From Sarea resinae (lineage: Eukaryota): a stretch of 64,000 nucleotides of DNA. The notes under the pieces were generated by a model that was not told the origin of the DNA, made no database searches, and saw only the letters and a program-made list of their open reading frames with translations. The stretch is taken from positions 1 through 64,000 of the forward strand of contig JAPEUD010000023.1 of assembly GCA_026026165.1 (NCBI GenBank), in the 5' to 3' direction. Shown one piece after another: positions 26,778-40,569 of the stretch (the first letter of the stretch is position 1; each line of letters opens with the position of its first letter). Both the position numbers and the translations under genes were made by a program.

Positions 26778-27847
26778 CTAAAACCTCAACTTCGGCAACA
26801 CCCCAACAATGATCAATGCTAGCATCATCAACCCCGCAATCCACATATACATCAAAATCCGACCCCACCATCCCTTCCCTTCGGTCATCCTCCTCAACGT
26901 GCTCATGCGCTTCTCCGCTATCTCCATCCCCGTCGCGTTTTTTTCCAATCCTTCGCCAGCGCGCCCGAGGATGTTCTTCTCGCTTTCAAGCGATTCGCTC
27001 AATTGGGCCGAGGAGGCTTTGAGCGCTTTTGCCATGCTGAGCAGGGAATTGGTAAGGAACTCTTGCTCTGTACGGTTGTGGGTCAGGAGCGTCTCGGTTG
27101 CGGCGGTCTGCGAAAGGCCAGCGTCGGTGGCTGAGGAGATAGCTGTGTCTTGCGAGTTGGGCTGCGGAGGACGGCGAGAGCGAAGGGTGGAAAATGATTC
27201 AGTAGCTATGGATCTGCGGTTTTGGGTCGAGGAAATGAGAGCTTCGCTGCCTCTTTCTGGTTCCTGGAGTCCGGAAACGGCGGTTTGGGACTGCTGAATC
27301 AGTCCATCGTCGTTCAGTAAGTCTTCGCTATCGCTCTGGCCAGAGAAACTCTCGCCGTCAAGCTGAACCCAACAACAGCAAATTAGCCATAGACTCCTGA
27401 AGCCTCGCTCATTCGAACAATACCTGGCCAAGCTCCTGAAGCCGCTGATTCAGCCTTTTGATAATTTCTCTTTTCTTCAACAGATCTTTCTGCATAGCCT
27501 GCTTCCGCGATTGCACTTTCATGTTGGAGGTCTCATGTTCGAGACGAAGCAGCAGAGAGCGTGCATACTCGAGATTCTATTCAAGGTCAAGAGCGCCATT
27601 AGCATATTCTTTCACATCTTGAGGTTGGGAAGGCGAAATGACGAGGCGGCTGTGACTGATTCCAAATCTAGGAAAACAGAGGACTTACAGCACCAACTTT
27701 CGTCCGCGCAGCCTTCGGACCATGTAATTGAAGTTCTGACCAGGAGTCTGGTGAGAGCAGTGCATGATCTATCCGGGAGAGTAATCTAGAAAGATTGATT
27801 GCGGTGGGATCGGGTGCCTCGCGCAAGGAGGTTGCGCCTCGTGCCAT
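26778..27847 (-). CDS. USE1: ER t-SNARE Use1-like protein (~298 aa)
   Basis: Exons 27847-27689, 27576-27424 and 27362-26778. Coiled SNARE region (HNRTEQEFLTNSLLSMAKALK) followed by a C-terminal TM helix ending LPKLRF. Confidence 0.82.
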
Positions 27848-30084
27848 CTTGGTAGATATGATTGAGAATTGAGTAGAATGATGTATAGGGGGCTCCTGTG
27901 GAAAGGTAGCGTTCATGAAATTGTTACTTTCATTGGAAAGACATGCGACAATTCATCTTGGACAGTTGTTGTTATCGCTGGAAATGCCATTATCTTTGCC
28001 AACGTGCATCAGCGTCTACTACGTAGTACTCCGGAGAGCCACAGGGACAGGGTTTAGAGCTGTCGTAATTTGTACCTGATGATATCTCTCGGATGAAGCA
28101 AAGACTAAGGTATTTTGTACATACTCGTGGTTTACGCAAGGAACATCCCGCGGCGAAGCGAGTCGCCTACTCCGTACTGCTATCGAACATCCAGGGGTAA
28201 TTTTCTTCCTCTCTTCCTCTTTTCTTCACCACTACTCTCCAGCAACTAACAACTTTAAGTGACCTGCTCTTCTCACCGAAGATTTCTTTTCACCATCTAT
28301 GCATGCCTTGTCGAGAATCATCAATTGTTGTAAGTCTGACTGTTCTCTTTTCACACTCCGTCCTCGTCAACCAGCAAGCAAAACCTATGATGATACACCA
28401 ATATAAGCATAGTTCAACTGAAGGTCTCTGACCGCTGAACGAAAAAATCTACCATCGTCTTTCGCTCCTATCTGATTGCTATGTTTGCGATTTGGCTCTT
28501 AAGCACTCTCAGCTCTATCATTCTGTCCGTGAACATCTGCTAACGGCGATTTGAGTTAGGTACTATCGAATGTGCTTGCAACCTGGGGACATACTTCGCG
28601 TTCAAGACGGGCTTTACCTGGCTGCCCATCTGTTTGGGTCCCGGTTCGGGACGAGAAGTGCCATACGCGCGGTAGAGAGCGATGCTAACGCTGATATCTT
28701 CGGGTTGCCATTGTACCTTCAAAACAATTAATTATCATTTGTCTGTTGCTGCTATTCTCAAAGATCGCCGGCTTTGAATGCGTGCTAGAGGTCCGCGCGC
28801 CTCTTCGCCAAAGCTCGAGTGTACAAGGTACTAGTATGTGTATTTTCCAAACCTTGGTAATCTCGTACTCTACTCGGAGTAGAGTTAAAATGTCCTCCCA
28901 TCACAAAATCATATACAAGGTACCTGGCTCGGAGATACTGGCAGTACGGCCCGGTGAGTGACAGCGTTTCCAGAGCCTCGAGCGTACCCAGGCTTCAAAA
29001 ATGCTTACTTCTCGGCACGTGCGTCTTTTGTGAGAGCCGACTGGTAAGGCGCTCCTTCCCGCTGCTGGTAATCGATCCAACGACTCGGCCGAAGGGCTGA
29101 GTGACCTGCGGTCGCAAGTTTCGCGCCTCAGACCGTGATCAAGATATTGGATTAGTACGCAGTACTCCGTACCCCGGATACAGTCGTCCGAACGCAGTAA
29201 GTAGTGAGGAACAAGGAATCTGCACCTTCGGCCTTCAGCCACCGAGGCTCAAGCCATCATTTACAAAACCTTACTCTAACATTGGCGATGATTGTTTTGG
29301 AGATGATGACGAGATGTTCTTGCGGCCGCAGGGGCTATCACTTCAACGATGACGAATACCACGGAGACCGGACTTACTCTACTGCAGTATCGTACTCGTA
29401 GCACTCTCGTTTTACATGCTTGCCACTTACCGATGGCCACTGTGATTTGTTGTTGATCCTTGGTCGTTTTCCCCTCGTGTCACATATATTGCTCATGCTC
29501 TCATGCCACTTCCTGCACGTTGGCATCAGAAGTCACACACTATTCCCATTCGCGGCATCCGCCACGTCGTGTCAAATTTCAGCCGATTAGTCTTTCGGGA
29601 TGGCCATCCAACCAAGTCCCTATCGAGTAACACGACTTGCACGAACAGGCCTCTCGTGCCTCTGCTAATGCACTGTCAACACACTGCTGCGCGAACCGGA
29701 TGGCAATCATCATGTTCCCGCCGATATTATTCGACGCCGAGATTGTTCAAGGCCCACAGCCCCCCAGCCACCTAAGTGAGGTTGAGCGACAGAGCGTGAG
29801 CCAAGTCATTTTTCTCGGTCCCCACCTGACGAAGTTGCCAATGTTCCGCAGCATTATTATTGTTCTTATTATTACCGCAGAGCAGACGCATGATCATTAG
29901 AGTATACCTCGAGCCTTAGGCCCGCCCCCTTCTTCCTTCTTCTAACGTCAAGCATTTCACTGTGCGTTGGCACATTTCACCTCCCTACTTACACAGACAA
30001 TACGGCACATTTCAAACTGAATCTGAGCTGGCCATCGACCGTTTTCTTTCTCAATCTGCCCCAGCCAACAGACATAAACCCAGG

Positions 30085-33000
30085 ATGAACTCCATTCAGG
30101 ACCAAGACGGCTACAATATGAGGTAACGCTTTCCTTTTGTTATTTGCTTGTTTTCCTTTGAATACGCATATTGCAAACTATGTTTCTCCTATTTGATCCG
30201 AAGGTGAGAGCATCAGCCACGAAGTGACCAGCAAAAGGAATGGCCGTACCCGTACCTGTCTCCGTTTGGAAGGACACCATGACTACCTGGACTACCTGGA
30301 ATGCCCGGCCGTGCCATCTTTGATCTCGCCTCTGGCCTGTTGCTATCCTGACTATCTTCTGAGGCCCCGCAAGTGATCTGGATTCATATCTTTTCTTTTC
30401 ATGGAGTCGGTGGGGTGTCATCGAAAATCCAAGGATATACATGGCCAAACATAGCAGTCGCCGGACACCTCGAATGGAGTTGCTTGCTCTATCGATATTC
30501 TCCCAGAAGTGTCGGGAAAGATGGCAGGGGCTACTTTGTCCTGCTTCGTGCATGTGATGCCGCGGAATTGTTTGCTTGCTAGGAATTTTCGAAGATCCAG
30601 TGACTTCGGCGGATCATCAAAAGCAGGCTCTTGGTGACTGCCTCAACGGCAGAGCATCCAAATGCTTGGGATGTTCGATCTGAATGTCTCCATTTAACAT
30701 CTTCCATACCCAGGATAGTAGGATACGCCTTCGCTTTCGGCCAGTCTATCAATCCGGGCTGACGCAGTCTGGATGCATCATTGTCGCAATCAGTCCTGGA
30801 CTACGGCAATCTTTTGCCAGGGCTTCTTCCATTATCTACCTGATAATAACTGGTCTTGGTTTCCATTTCGGCCTCGTACGGTTTCTCCTCCGAAGCGATC
30901 CCTTGACTCGCGGCGCAGTCGGCCAACCTATGCAAGTATGTATGTCAGATGGGTCTGGGTCCTATCCCTAATGCAACCGCGCAAACTCTAATACTGATTC
31001 ACGAAAGTGAAGGAGGCTCCTCACCATTGAATGTCGAAGCCATACTTCTGATGCGGACGGTCTGCGTTTGAAGAATTTGGCATCTATCATGTCCAGACGC
31101 TATGCTCCATCGTCGCAGCCTGCACTAAGATCTGATCATTCAGAGCTCTATCGGATTACCATAATATTTTCGAAATAATCATGCTCATATAGACTTCGGC
31201 CATTACCCTATCTGGACCTCGGAGTGGACCTCTGGAGTGGCTCCCCGACCGAGTTCGTTTTCTGGGCTCGGCGGTCTTTGGAACCATTATTCCGGCATGC
31301 TTTGGTATTTCATCGTCTTGTAGCCGGAAGCTCAACTAGCCTGAACCGGAGGCGAGATCGTTCGGTGTTGTATGTCCTAGTCTTCAATACGGACTTTGGG
31401 GATTTACTAACGTTCCTAGGACGAGCTTGGGACGTGGCTGATTTGTGATTTCACTAACGGATCACTTACTCATTTGCATTATTTTGTGAATTTCTTATTG
31501 ATGTCGACAGTACTAATCGTTTCCTGTAGCAGCCCGACCAGACGAAAGGACAATATCTCCAGATACTCTCCTATTTTTCACGCCGGCCGTAGACGAAGTA
31601 TTTCCGGGAGCGGAATGTGGAAACCATCTGCAGAACAACAGCATGTGGACATCGGATCCTTGGCCCAGGAGAATCCCTATGAAAATGGAACACTACAAGC
31701 TAGTTTTATAACCTCGCGCGGTTATGAGGCCGAACCTTCTTGTTTAGTCGACAGGGCATACATGGATCAAGCCCAGGTCCGGCAATGGGCCTCCCACAAT
31801 GGATTCGGAGTCTCTCATCTGCCTGGAAACGGACCCTCAATGTGTGACTTCCGGGAAGGACTTACTCTGGACGAATTACATGCCTCTAATACTGAGATGC
31901 AGGATGGGAGCTCAATTTCCTTTGCTTCCAATGCTTCTTCCGCTTCAATCCCAGCTTCGTCCGGCAGCCCAGGATTTACAGAGAAGAGTGTTTGCTTTTC
32001 AGACAATGGAGATTACTTATTCGGACAGGATTGCGCCAATTCCGATGATCCGGTAGTGGTCGGGTATCGCTATGGTAGCGTGCCTTCGAGTCACTCTGTG
32101 AGCGATTCCATTGAAGCGATGGATTCCTCTAGCCTTTGGGACACCAATGAATCTTTCTCGACTGCTTTCGACTTTACAACTTTTGGCCCCGACAAGTATC
32201 TATATGAAAGCGACCTTACAAGTCGAAGCAACACGTCCCTCCCCGGTTACTGGGAGTCTCCGAGTGGACATGAATCTGTCGGACCCCTGAGCAGCACAAG
32301 CGAATGCCCTTCTGCCACTTCACTCCAGTCTTTAGCTCGAAGAAAGCATTCGCCGCGGACGACGTCGGGGTTTTCTTCGGCAACTGCAGAATCTTCAGCA
32401 ACGTCGTACAATACTCAGTCCAGTTTCTCCGCTCTACTGCCGAGTTCCAGAAGATCTTCGATCACGCAAGCGGGTGAGGGAACTCTTCACACTAATCCTA
32501 GGGAGTCCCCGTCTGTTGCCAACTTCCCCGACTTGACCATGAAGGAGGCTTCGAAAGTCACACCCTCTTCTCTTCCCTCAAATCGTGCGGGAAGCTTCAC
32601 GAGGTAAGTCCTTCGTATTTCACAGATGGGAAACTTGCTCTAACCGATGTGAGTAGTGCCAAAATGAATGGCCCGGCCAGAAGAAGACAGCGAGCCGGGG
32701 GGACCTCGCCTGTAGCAGAGCTCGCCGGACCTGATGATGTGTCTATACTGTCCACTTCCAGCGCAACAGTCGTCGCGCGGTCTGGTGATGAGATGGAGAT
32801 TGGACCAGCACGGGACCATCCATTATATCAAGCTACCCTTCATGAAGATGGTTTGTACCATTGTGCATACGAGGGTAGAGAAGGATGCATGCACCGACCT
32901 ACAAAATTAAAATGCAATTACGAGTTAGTAGTCCCTGTCATGAACACAGTTCCCCTTCCACTGATTATCTATCCCAGTAAGTATGTCGACTCCCATCTCC

Positions 33001-33629
33001 GACCTTACCGATGCAAAATCGCCACCTGCGTCGAGGCTCGTTTCTCTTCAACTGCATGCCTTTTGCGTCACGAGAGGGAGGCTCACGGGATGCACGGTCA
33101 TGGTGCCAAGCCACACCTTTGCCCGTACGAAAACTGCGAGCGTTCGATCTTGGGCAACGGCTTTCCGCGTCGATGGAATTTGTATGATCACATGAAAAGA
33201 GTCCATGACTACAAGGGGCCCCCGTCATCTGCGGATAGTACTTCGCCTGGCCCTTCTGTTCCTGCCACTGTCCCGGAACTTCGACATTCACGCACCCGGA
33301 AGCGAAAGAGTCCAGGCGTTGGTATGGCCCAACAAGGGAAGCGTCATAAGTCGCACTCATCTGATCGATCAAGTGGACGAGCGTCTTTGCTGCACGAGAA
33401 GACGTCACCTATTGCTCGTCCAACACAAATACAGGATCTCGAGAAGCAATGGACGGATTGCTTCACGAATCTTCAGGATTGCCTCAGGCACATACAAGAT
33501 CCTAGGGATGCACCTAGCCACGAAGAGCTTTGCGCGAAGACGCAGAGCTTACATGAGATTGCGTCTACTATTCGTCGACTGAGCCCGGAGCAGGCCAGCT
33601 TTCAAGAAAAGCAGTATGAGCGAGGCTGA
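30085..33629 (+). CDS. C2H2 zinc-finger transcription factor
   Basis: Proposed exons 30085-30122, 31530-32603, 32657-32923 and 32978-33629. Fingers: GLYHC..C..KLKCNYDKYVDSH, YRCKIATC..FSSTACLLRHEREAH, HLCPYENC..GFPRRWNLYDHMKRVH. Basic NLS RTRKRK. The first exon is less certain than the rest. Confidence 0.82.
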
Positions 33630-34824
33630 GAGGATGATTCAGTTCACTGATGGAATCGGGTAAGTATATCGATGGAATGCTTGACTATCTACAAACATCG
33701 ACGTGCCCAAGGCCATTTTCAGAGAATTGCAAATCAACAGCAGTTGAATACAAGAACACAGAAGGAAGTCGCGGATCCAGCCCGCGCAGCATGACATCCC
33801 GTCATGACTTCTCTCTCTTAAATTCCTTGTCAGTTGCTGTTACTCCCGTTGGACTCCTGAGGAACATGGACAGCGGACATCTTGCCTCGGATCAACCAGG
33901 AATCCCAGAAGGCCTTTTGGAGTACCTCAGGACCCAGAGGATGTTTGAGGATAAACCAACGCCCCTGTACGCGAGCAGCCTGAATGAGGAGCCAGCCGGC
34001 AGGGTGATAGACGAATGGAATCAGGGAATGCCAGTCATGGAAGGGACAGGCTCCCTGATCAAGTGAGCAAGGTCGCGATGTACTCAAAAACTCGCTTGAA
34101 TTGTCGATGTTTTCAGCTTCTGTATTCATCCTCTTGCTGCCGGACCAGTGCCGTCGAGGATAGCCTCTGCTTTTTGCTCACATTTCTAATTGTCTTCTCT
34201 TTGTTTGGTGTCTTTTTTCTTTTGCTTTCGACCCGGATATCGCACGAACTGGCCTATATGGGAAATGTTGGTTTGATACAGATTCTTGCTTTGTCAACTG
34301 TGGAACCGTCGAAGTTTGAAACTTGAAAGCCCCAAGGCGGCCGTTATCCTCATCAGGTCAGCTCAAGAGCAGCTTGTATTTGTCAGTCGACCTGCACTAG
34401 ACCTGGGATATATTGTGATCCTCATCGTATACGGCCCTCACCGTTACATGATTCCTCCATCTAGCATACTGTGCTGTCTTAGCGTACGACGATGGATACC
34501 CTTTTATTATACTGAACTTCAAAGCTCATGCCATTAAGAGGTAAAAATTCCTAGGCCGCAGTTTATTATCCGAGGATCCGCTTTCTATATCCGCCCATGG
34601 AAATTCTGCGGAACTTGAGCGCCATGGACCACATTTCGTAGACGAACCATCCAATGCGACAAATCTATTTCGCCTTCTTGTTTTGTGATCATAGACTCGG
34701 ATGGAAGCAAAAAGATAATATGATTCCTCATTCTGCATCATTCACAGCATCATCAATGTTGATCTCAAACGAAACCCTTAACGCCCCTCCCATTCAGTAT
34801 GAAAATATCCTTAAAAGACATAGC

Positions 34825-35916
34825 TTACAGAAAATTGTCATTCAGATACGTGACAAAGAGCTCCCGAATCCTCGCCATCGAAAGCGAATGCTGCCGATTC
34901 AGGCTGATGAACTGCCTCCTAAGCCGCTGCAGCTGCGGGAGAGTGACCGGTGAAGGTGGGAGGTCTAGAATATTGTCCACCTGGGTGATGGAGACCTCGC
35001 CGCCGCCTTCGCCTAAGTGGTCTTTTTGATATTCGAGGATTGTAGTGAGAATCTCTTGTGTGGCCTTATCCAATTCGTAAAGGTAGTTAGATTCGGCGGC
35101 TGGCGGCTGGTGTAGAAATCGCAAATTAGTTACATACTTTCCAGGCTTATAATGGGGAAGCAGCCATACTAATACCGTCGCCTGATTTGGCTTCGCGACT
35201 TTTGCTCTACCCTCGCTGCCTACCATAGCCTCCCATATCTGCTCGCATGGCGGTGTAGCATCATCGGCCACGACGGTAAAGAGCGGGCTATCCCATCGCG
35301 TCATGCCGTTTGGTTCTTCGTACCGAAAGACTAGGTCATCGAATATGTCTTCTGGGTACCCTCCGTCAATTAAGGGATCAGCTAAGAGACGTTTGTTGGT
35401 TTCGCGGCAGGTAGAAATGGGCGTTCCGACGTGGATCTCTGGGATTGTTAGTTCCCTCTCCACATTCTCCTACAACTTCTGTAGATCATATACGGTGGCT
35501 CACAACACAACTAGGCGTATGCATGGCCTTTGCGTCACAATATAGCTGATACCGGAACCCTTTGATGTAGTTCAGGCCGTCGGCGATAACTATGTCGTCG
35601 GCACCTAGTACCCGCTTCACTGCCGAGTACTCAGCAGCGCGAGCGTCTTTCTCTGGTCGCGCCTCGCGGTAGACATCTCGAGAGAGGCCAAGGCTTTGGT
35701 CATTGATATGATGAACTTTCAGGCGGGCGATGCGGGAATCAGGGTGGGGTAGAGACGCGTTGAGGGCGATCTTCTGGTTGAAGAAGTCGAGGAGTTGGTG
35801 GGATCTGTACGTTTTCCCTGACGAAGGATAGCCGGATAGTAGGACGAGCTAGGAGGGGAAAGTTAATCAGACGTTGCTGTGGCCGAGCTCGAGACGGATG
35901 ATTGACCTACTGGCAT
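34825..35916 (-). CDS. KTI12: Elongator-associated protein Kti12
   Basis: MP|LVLLSGYPSSGKT P-loop, ADGLNYIKGFRYQLYCDAK, RYEEPNGMTRWDSPLF and LQRLRRQFI. Introns at 35910-35849, ~35503-35438 and 35168-35109. Confidence 0.93.
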
Positions 35917-36187
35917 CGTGTCGAATAGTTTAGAACTGCGGCGCACACCCAGGAGTCAACGAGTCAATTGTTGTGATGCATCATGTTTGGTATGGAGGGG
36001 CTGAATTCATAAATTTAAGCGGGGTGCGCATTACGATTTGATCTCCCTCAGGTACCTTATCTACTACTTCACCATCTACCCCAACCCCCCGATACACGCA
36101 TTCTCTCTCTTATTGATTTTGAAAAGAACCCCTTTCTTTGGCTTTCACGATGGAAATACAGATTGTTATGTGGTGCTCGTTGTATAT

Positions 36188-37231
36188 TCAACCACCTGTA
36201 TCTTGTTTCTCACTATTCCATCTGACGTCAAAGCCGTACACTGTGCGTCTTAGTAGCTCATCCTGGAGTCTCGTAAGCATATTGGTCGAGAAGAGATTGT
36301 TGGATCCTACCCCTGGATCTTCCTCAAACATCACTTTGTCAATGACTTTTTCCATTATCTTTTCCACTTTGAAACCAGCCTCCTTCGCTCTATCAAAGAA
36401 GGCCAGATCTTTGTCCAAAAGCCAGGGTCTATAGGGAGTAAAGAAGACCAGTGCGTGCGAGTCGCCTGTCTTCTTCAAAGATTTCTCGAGTGTATTGATT
36501 AATTTGCCGTGTTCGGAGTGATTGAAAAGTAGATCAGCCAGGATAAGCAAATCAAACCCAGCTGATGGGTTTGATAGATGAGAGGAGACCTTCTCTGCAG
36601 AGGCTCCCCATATGTAGCCCTGTGATATAATGGTGAGCTCAAGGAAAACAAGTCGCTGTGAACGGCAGACCTCTGCATGAATGTTACAAGCGCCTGGCAA
36701 AATATTACAATTGGATATGTTGTGACGGAGGTTGTCTATAAGATCGGCGTCCGGGTAGTCTGTGATAACAACCTATCTTTGAAAGTGGATTAAATTCTTA
36801 TCTCTTCTTGGATAAAGTGTCCCAGCTGGTGCACGTACCGCATTTGCACCGCAGATAGCACTGACCAGGCTAGGAAGACCTGATCCTGCTCCAAGTTCGA
36901 GGACATCTTTGCCCTTGACGAGCTCCGCTGCTCGTTCCTCCAGGTAATGGGAAAGGACCCTGCCCCCGTTCCATAGAAAGTGACCCTTGAACGCCGGGCA
37001 CCGTCAGCATTTGGCCTAGTCATAGAAAAGTCTTCCAGAAGAGCTTCCGTAAGGCCGATTTCGTACCCATAGCGGATTGTGACCAACGAGCCGGACAGTC
37101 ACGACCTTTCCAGATATCAATTGATGTTCAGCGAAGGTGGCAGGCTTAGCTGGCTCGAAATAGCCTTCGGGCTCCTGGAAGAAGCGGACGCCACCGGCCA
37201 AGCCATCCTCCCCGTCGGAAGCGTCAGACAT
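36188..37231 (-). CDS. EFM7: Protein N-terminal/lysine methyltransferase Efm7 (Nnt1)
   Basis: VRLVGHNPLW|GHFLWNGA, VLELGAGSGLPSLV, TDYPDADLIDNL, FDLLILADLLFNHSEH, FFTPYRPWL and MFEEDPG|DELLRRTVYGF. Confidence 0.9.
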
Positions 37232-38502
37232 CAAGTCTGAGGCGGATGTCTAAGTGTTCGAACGCTCAAAAGCTACTACCTATGGATCAAGATGAGGGAT
37301 CGAGGACGTGCGATGGATGTCAAGCATGAAGCCAAACCCCAGATCTGGGATCGACCTACTCTCTTGGGCGAAAGTACGCAGAAAATTGCTCTCTTCCCGC
37401 GACTACGACTTTAAAGCACACTACTCTAGAGTCCTAGAGTCCGTTTCCCCTTCTTTTCTCCAGAAACCGTTGCGGGGACTACTACAGTAGAGGCAGTGAA
37501 AAAGATTTTGCTAGAGCGTGTCCCAGTGTCTTGGTGCGTACCTTTCTGCTCGAGCCCCTCAGCGGCTTGTAGATATACGAGAGCATTGTGGTAGCGATAA
37601 GCGATCGCCAAGGTATCAGCGACGTCGACAAGTGACCTTTTGATAGCTCGATACTCGAACCAGCGCCGCGGGGGCCAGGGAGCCGGAAGGCTGATTTCAG
37701 CCTCTTAGATCGACCAGGCACCGGGCCACCTTCCATGATGTTGTCCTTGATGACTCTGGTCTGATATCCTTCCAAACCAACTACTCAGACCCGTATAACC
37801 TCACCATCGGGCTATCACGCCAAGGGCCATTGGCTTCCATGTCCACTATCTGGCAAGAATAGGTTCGTGCAGACAGCCTTTTCCCTTGTATGCGCCATCT
37901 CGAATCCGCGAACAGGCGCTGACATGACGGAGGACTGCAGGACGGATCCGAAATCGAACCGCTCATTCAGCCCTACGTACTGTCGCAGCTTTTCTGTGAT
38001 CCGCTCTTAGACTCGTTTCTCTTTGACACACTCCCATTGCGACTCTAGATCCCTGCGCCCACCGTCCAGGTCCCGCTTTCAGCGTCCATGTCATAGCGAA
38101 TAATTCCACGACACTCGCCAGACTTGTCTGATCAGAGCTCCATAACAAGGTTTTGTACTGATCGTTGCTGGCTTGGCTATTGGCTTAAGCCTCCATCGTG
38201 CGGAACCTTACCTATGATTTTGACCTCCAGCAGCGCAACGACTGTTTTTCAAAACTTTATCTCGGACAACCTAGCGAAAACTATTAAAGAGTAACTGGAG
38301 ACCTTTTTCGGCGCGCAACATCTTATCCTCAGAGCTATTTGCCAGTCTTCCTGGATATATACAGACAGTAGTTGCTACGCTGGATTTCGAAAGCACCATC
38401 GCCAGAACCTCTCATATTAGCGGGCTCGGTCTGCTATGCCAGTTCTGTTTGTCGAGCAGAATCCGTTCTTTGCAGTATTTGGTCCAGCACCAATTGGCCA
38501 GA

Positions 38503-40569
38503 ATGCCGTTCCTTCCCGTCGGAAATGAGAATAAGAAAAAGAAATTTGCCTGGTCAGTATATTCTCTCTTCAGCGTCTCGTTCTATTTGCCACCGTGATA
38601 CCACATTGTGATGTTCTTGCACAGAAGCTCAATTACGGAGTATCGCGGAATCTAACTTACCGCTTAGTGAACCATGTATTCGTGGCCATAGATCGTCGAA
38701 ATGCCAGCATCAAGATCGAGTGTTGGTAGAAGTCCGCAAACCTGGACGGCCCTTGAGCAGCTGCCCTCATCCCAATGGGCGATGCAGCTGTGATAGGGTG
38801 CGACTAGCTCTCCCTAGAGGTACGTTAACATGCTATGAGAATGATGGAGTGCTTCTCCGCCTTTCGTGGTGCATATCTGACACTCACCAGTTTCGAGTTG
38901 TGCTTGTGGTCCGACTGCTTCTAATGAAAATGGGCCTCTATCGCAAATCAGTATAAACCATTCTTCGGATTCTCCTCAAGCCATTCCGCACGGCAACTCG
39001 CCTCTGTCTTCTCCGCCTATTGCTTCGACAAATAGGGTCCAAAAGCCTAGCCGAAGAAAACAGAATGGTATCAACCCATCAGGAGTTGTTCGAGCTCTGA
39101 AGAGCGAAGAGAACGGCAGCCTTGACTCTGATGGATCGCCGCTTGGACAGCCAGAACCGGGCTCAGGCGTAGGAGAGTATACTGGCATTGAAACAGCCGA
39201 TCATCTATATCAATTCGCCTCAACTGTCCCGAGCCCTTCATCAGACAATTTTTTGGTTGCTCGGAGTCTTTTATCCGGTCCGACATCTTTGATCTCGGAC
39301 GACACTCCTCGCTCCTTTGCATCGTCCTATACTTCCAATAGTTCCCTATTCGGAGAAGGCGTGCCATCCGGTGTTCCTGGCACTGAAGTCGAGTCTGGCT
39401 GGAGCACCCAAGCTCCAGACACATATCCCTCTCGAGAGTCTCAAACAATCGTAGCGTTACAAGAGTCACCATGGTCGAGTGGTAAATGCTGCCAACGAAT
39501 GCCTCATGTAGACGGCGGGACACCTGCGAAAACTTTGCCATTTTCTGAAAGCTTTCCGCAACAGCATCAGCAAGCGCAGGCCGAAGTATCGCCCGATGAG
39601 CTAGCTCTGCTGCGTTCGACAGACGATAGTGGTCAACTTCGCCGCCAGCAAGTTCTTGATTTTGGGCAGCAGGAAAATCAGCCACAACTCAATCCTAACC
39701 CGAAACAGTCAGCTCTTGAACTGTCAAAATTAGATCACCAGCTTGGAGAGACGACGGTCTACAATGTACCTTTGTCGTTTGGCACGGCCGGGCAACCACT
39801 GATTCCTGCACAATACAAATTTATTCAGCAGCATCCTCGACTGTTTGAACAGAGGGTACCGCAACACGCTCCATCGGGGATACTAGCTCAAGCTGCATCT
39901 GCAACTGGCTCTCTCAACTCATTTGTCGCGCATAATTGTAGCTGTGGAGATGCATGCAACTGTCTGGGTTGTGCTGCTCATCCTTACAACCACACCTCTG
40001 TCAATTTTGCAAAGTCTATGAGCGGTTTCATGCTCGACGACGGCCAACGAGATATTTCTAGCGGTGACAACAATTCGGCTCACGGTTCAGCGGCACCGAA
40101 TTGCTGCGCTTCTGTCAGTGACGTCAATCATACTCAGCCTCCGCCATCGTATGCAGATGATCACGTACAGAGGGCAAGCCTCACACAAAGTGCCCGTAAT
40201 GGCTTCGATCCATCTTTGGAGAGCGATAGCTCTCGCCAAATGGAATCCCATTCGGCTAGCTTTACACCGTCAAGCGATCCTTGGACGACATGGAGCGATA
40301 GCCACCAGCACGACGATGAGGATGAAAGAACCTTATCCCCCTCAGATTACTATTACGTCGAGTACCCTCTCATCTCGGGCTGTTCCATGGGTACCGAAAA
40401 TTGCCAATGTGGTGATGGCTGTACTTGCTACGGTTGTCTTACGCATGATGGCCACAATGGTATCCCATTGGACCAACTTCCTTCATCTCTATTGCAGGCT
40501 CCCCTTTTCCCCAATGCTAGCCCTCAAAGTGAGGACTTGTCACAATCAAGACATCTCGTGGGAGAATAA
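38503..40569 (+). CDS. Copper-fist DNA-binding transcription factor (Ace1/AceA/Crf1-like)
   Basis: Exons 38503-38552, 38668-38819 and 38891-40569. N-terminal KFACEPCIRGHRSSKCQH..VRKPGRP copper fist. Cys-rich motifs CSCGDACNCLGCAAHP and CQCGDGCTCYGCLTHDGH. Confidence 0.88.

Noticed and set aside
30278..30355. Two in-frame TGA-CTA readthrough-like contexts inside the C2H2 intron
   Set aside because: They arise from a short GACTAC/GACTAT repeat, and there is no credible upstream ORF or recognisable protein.
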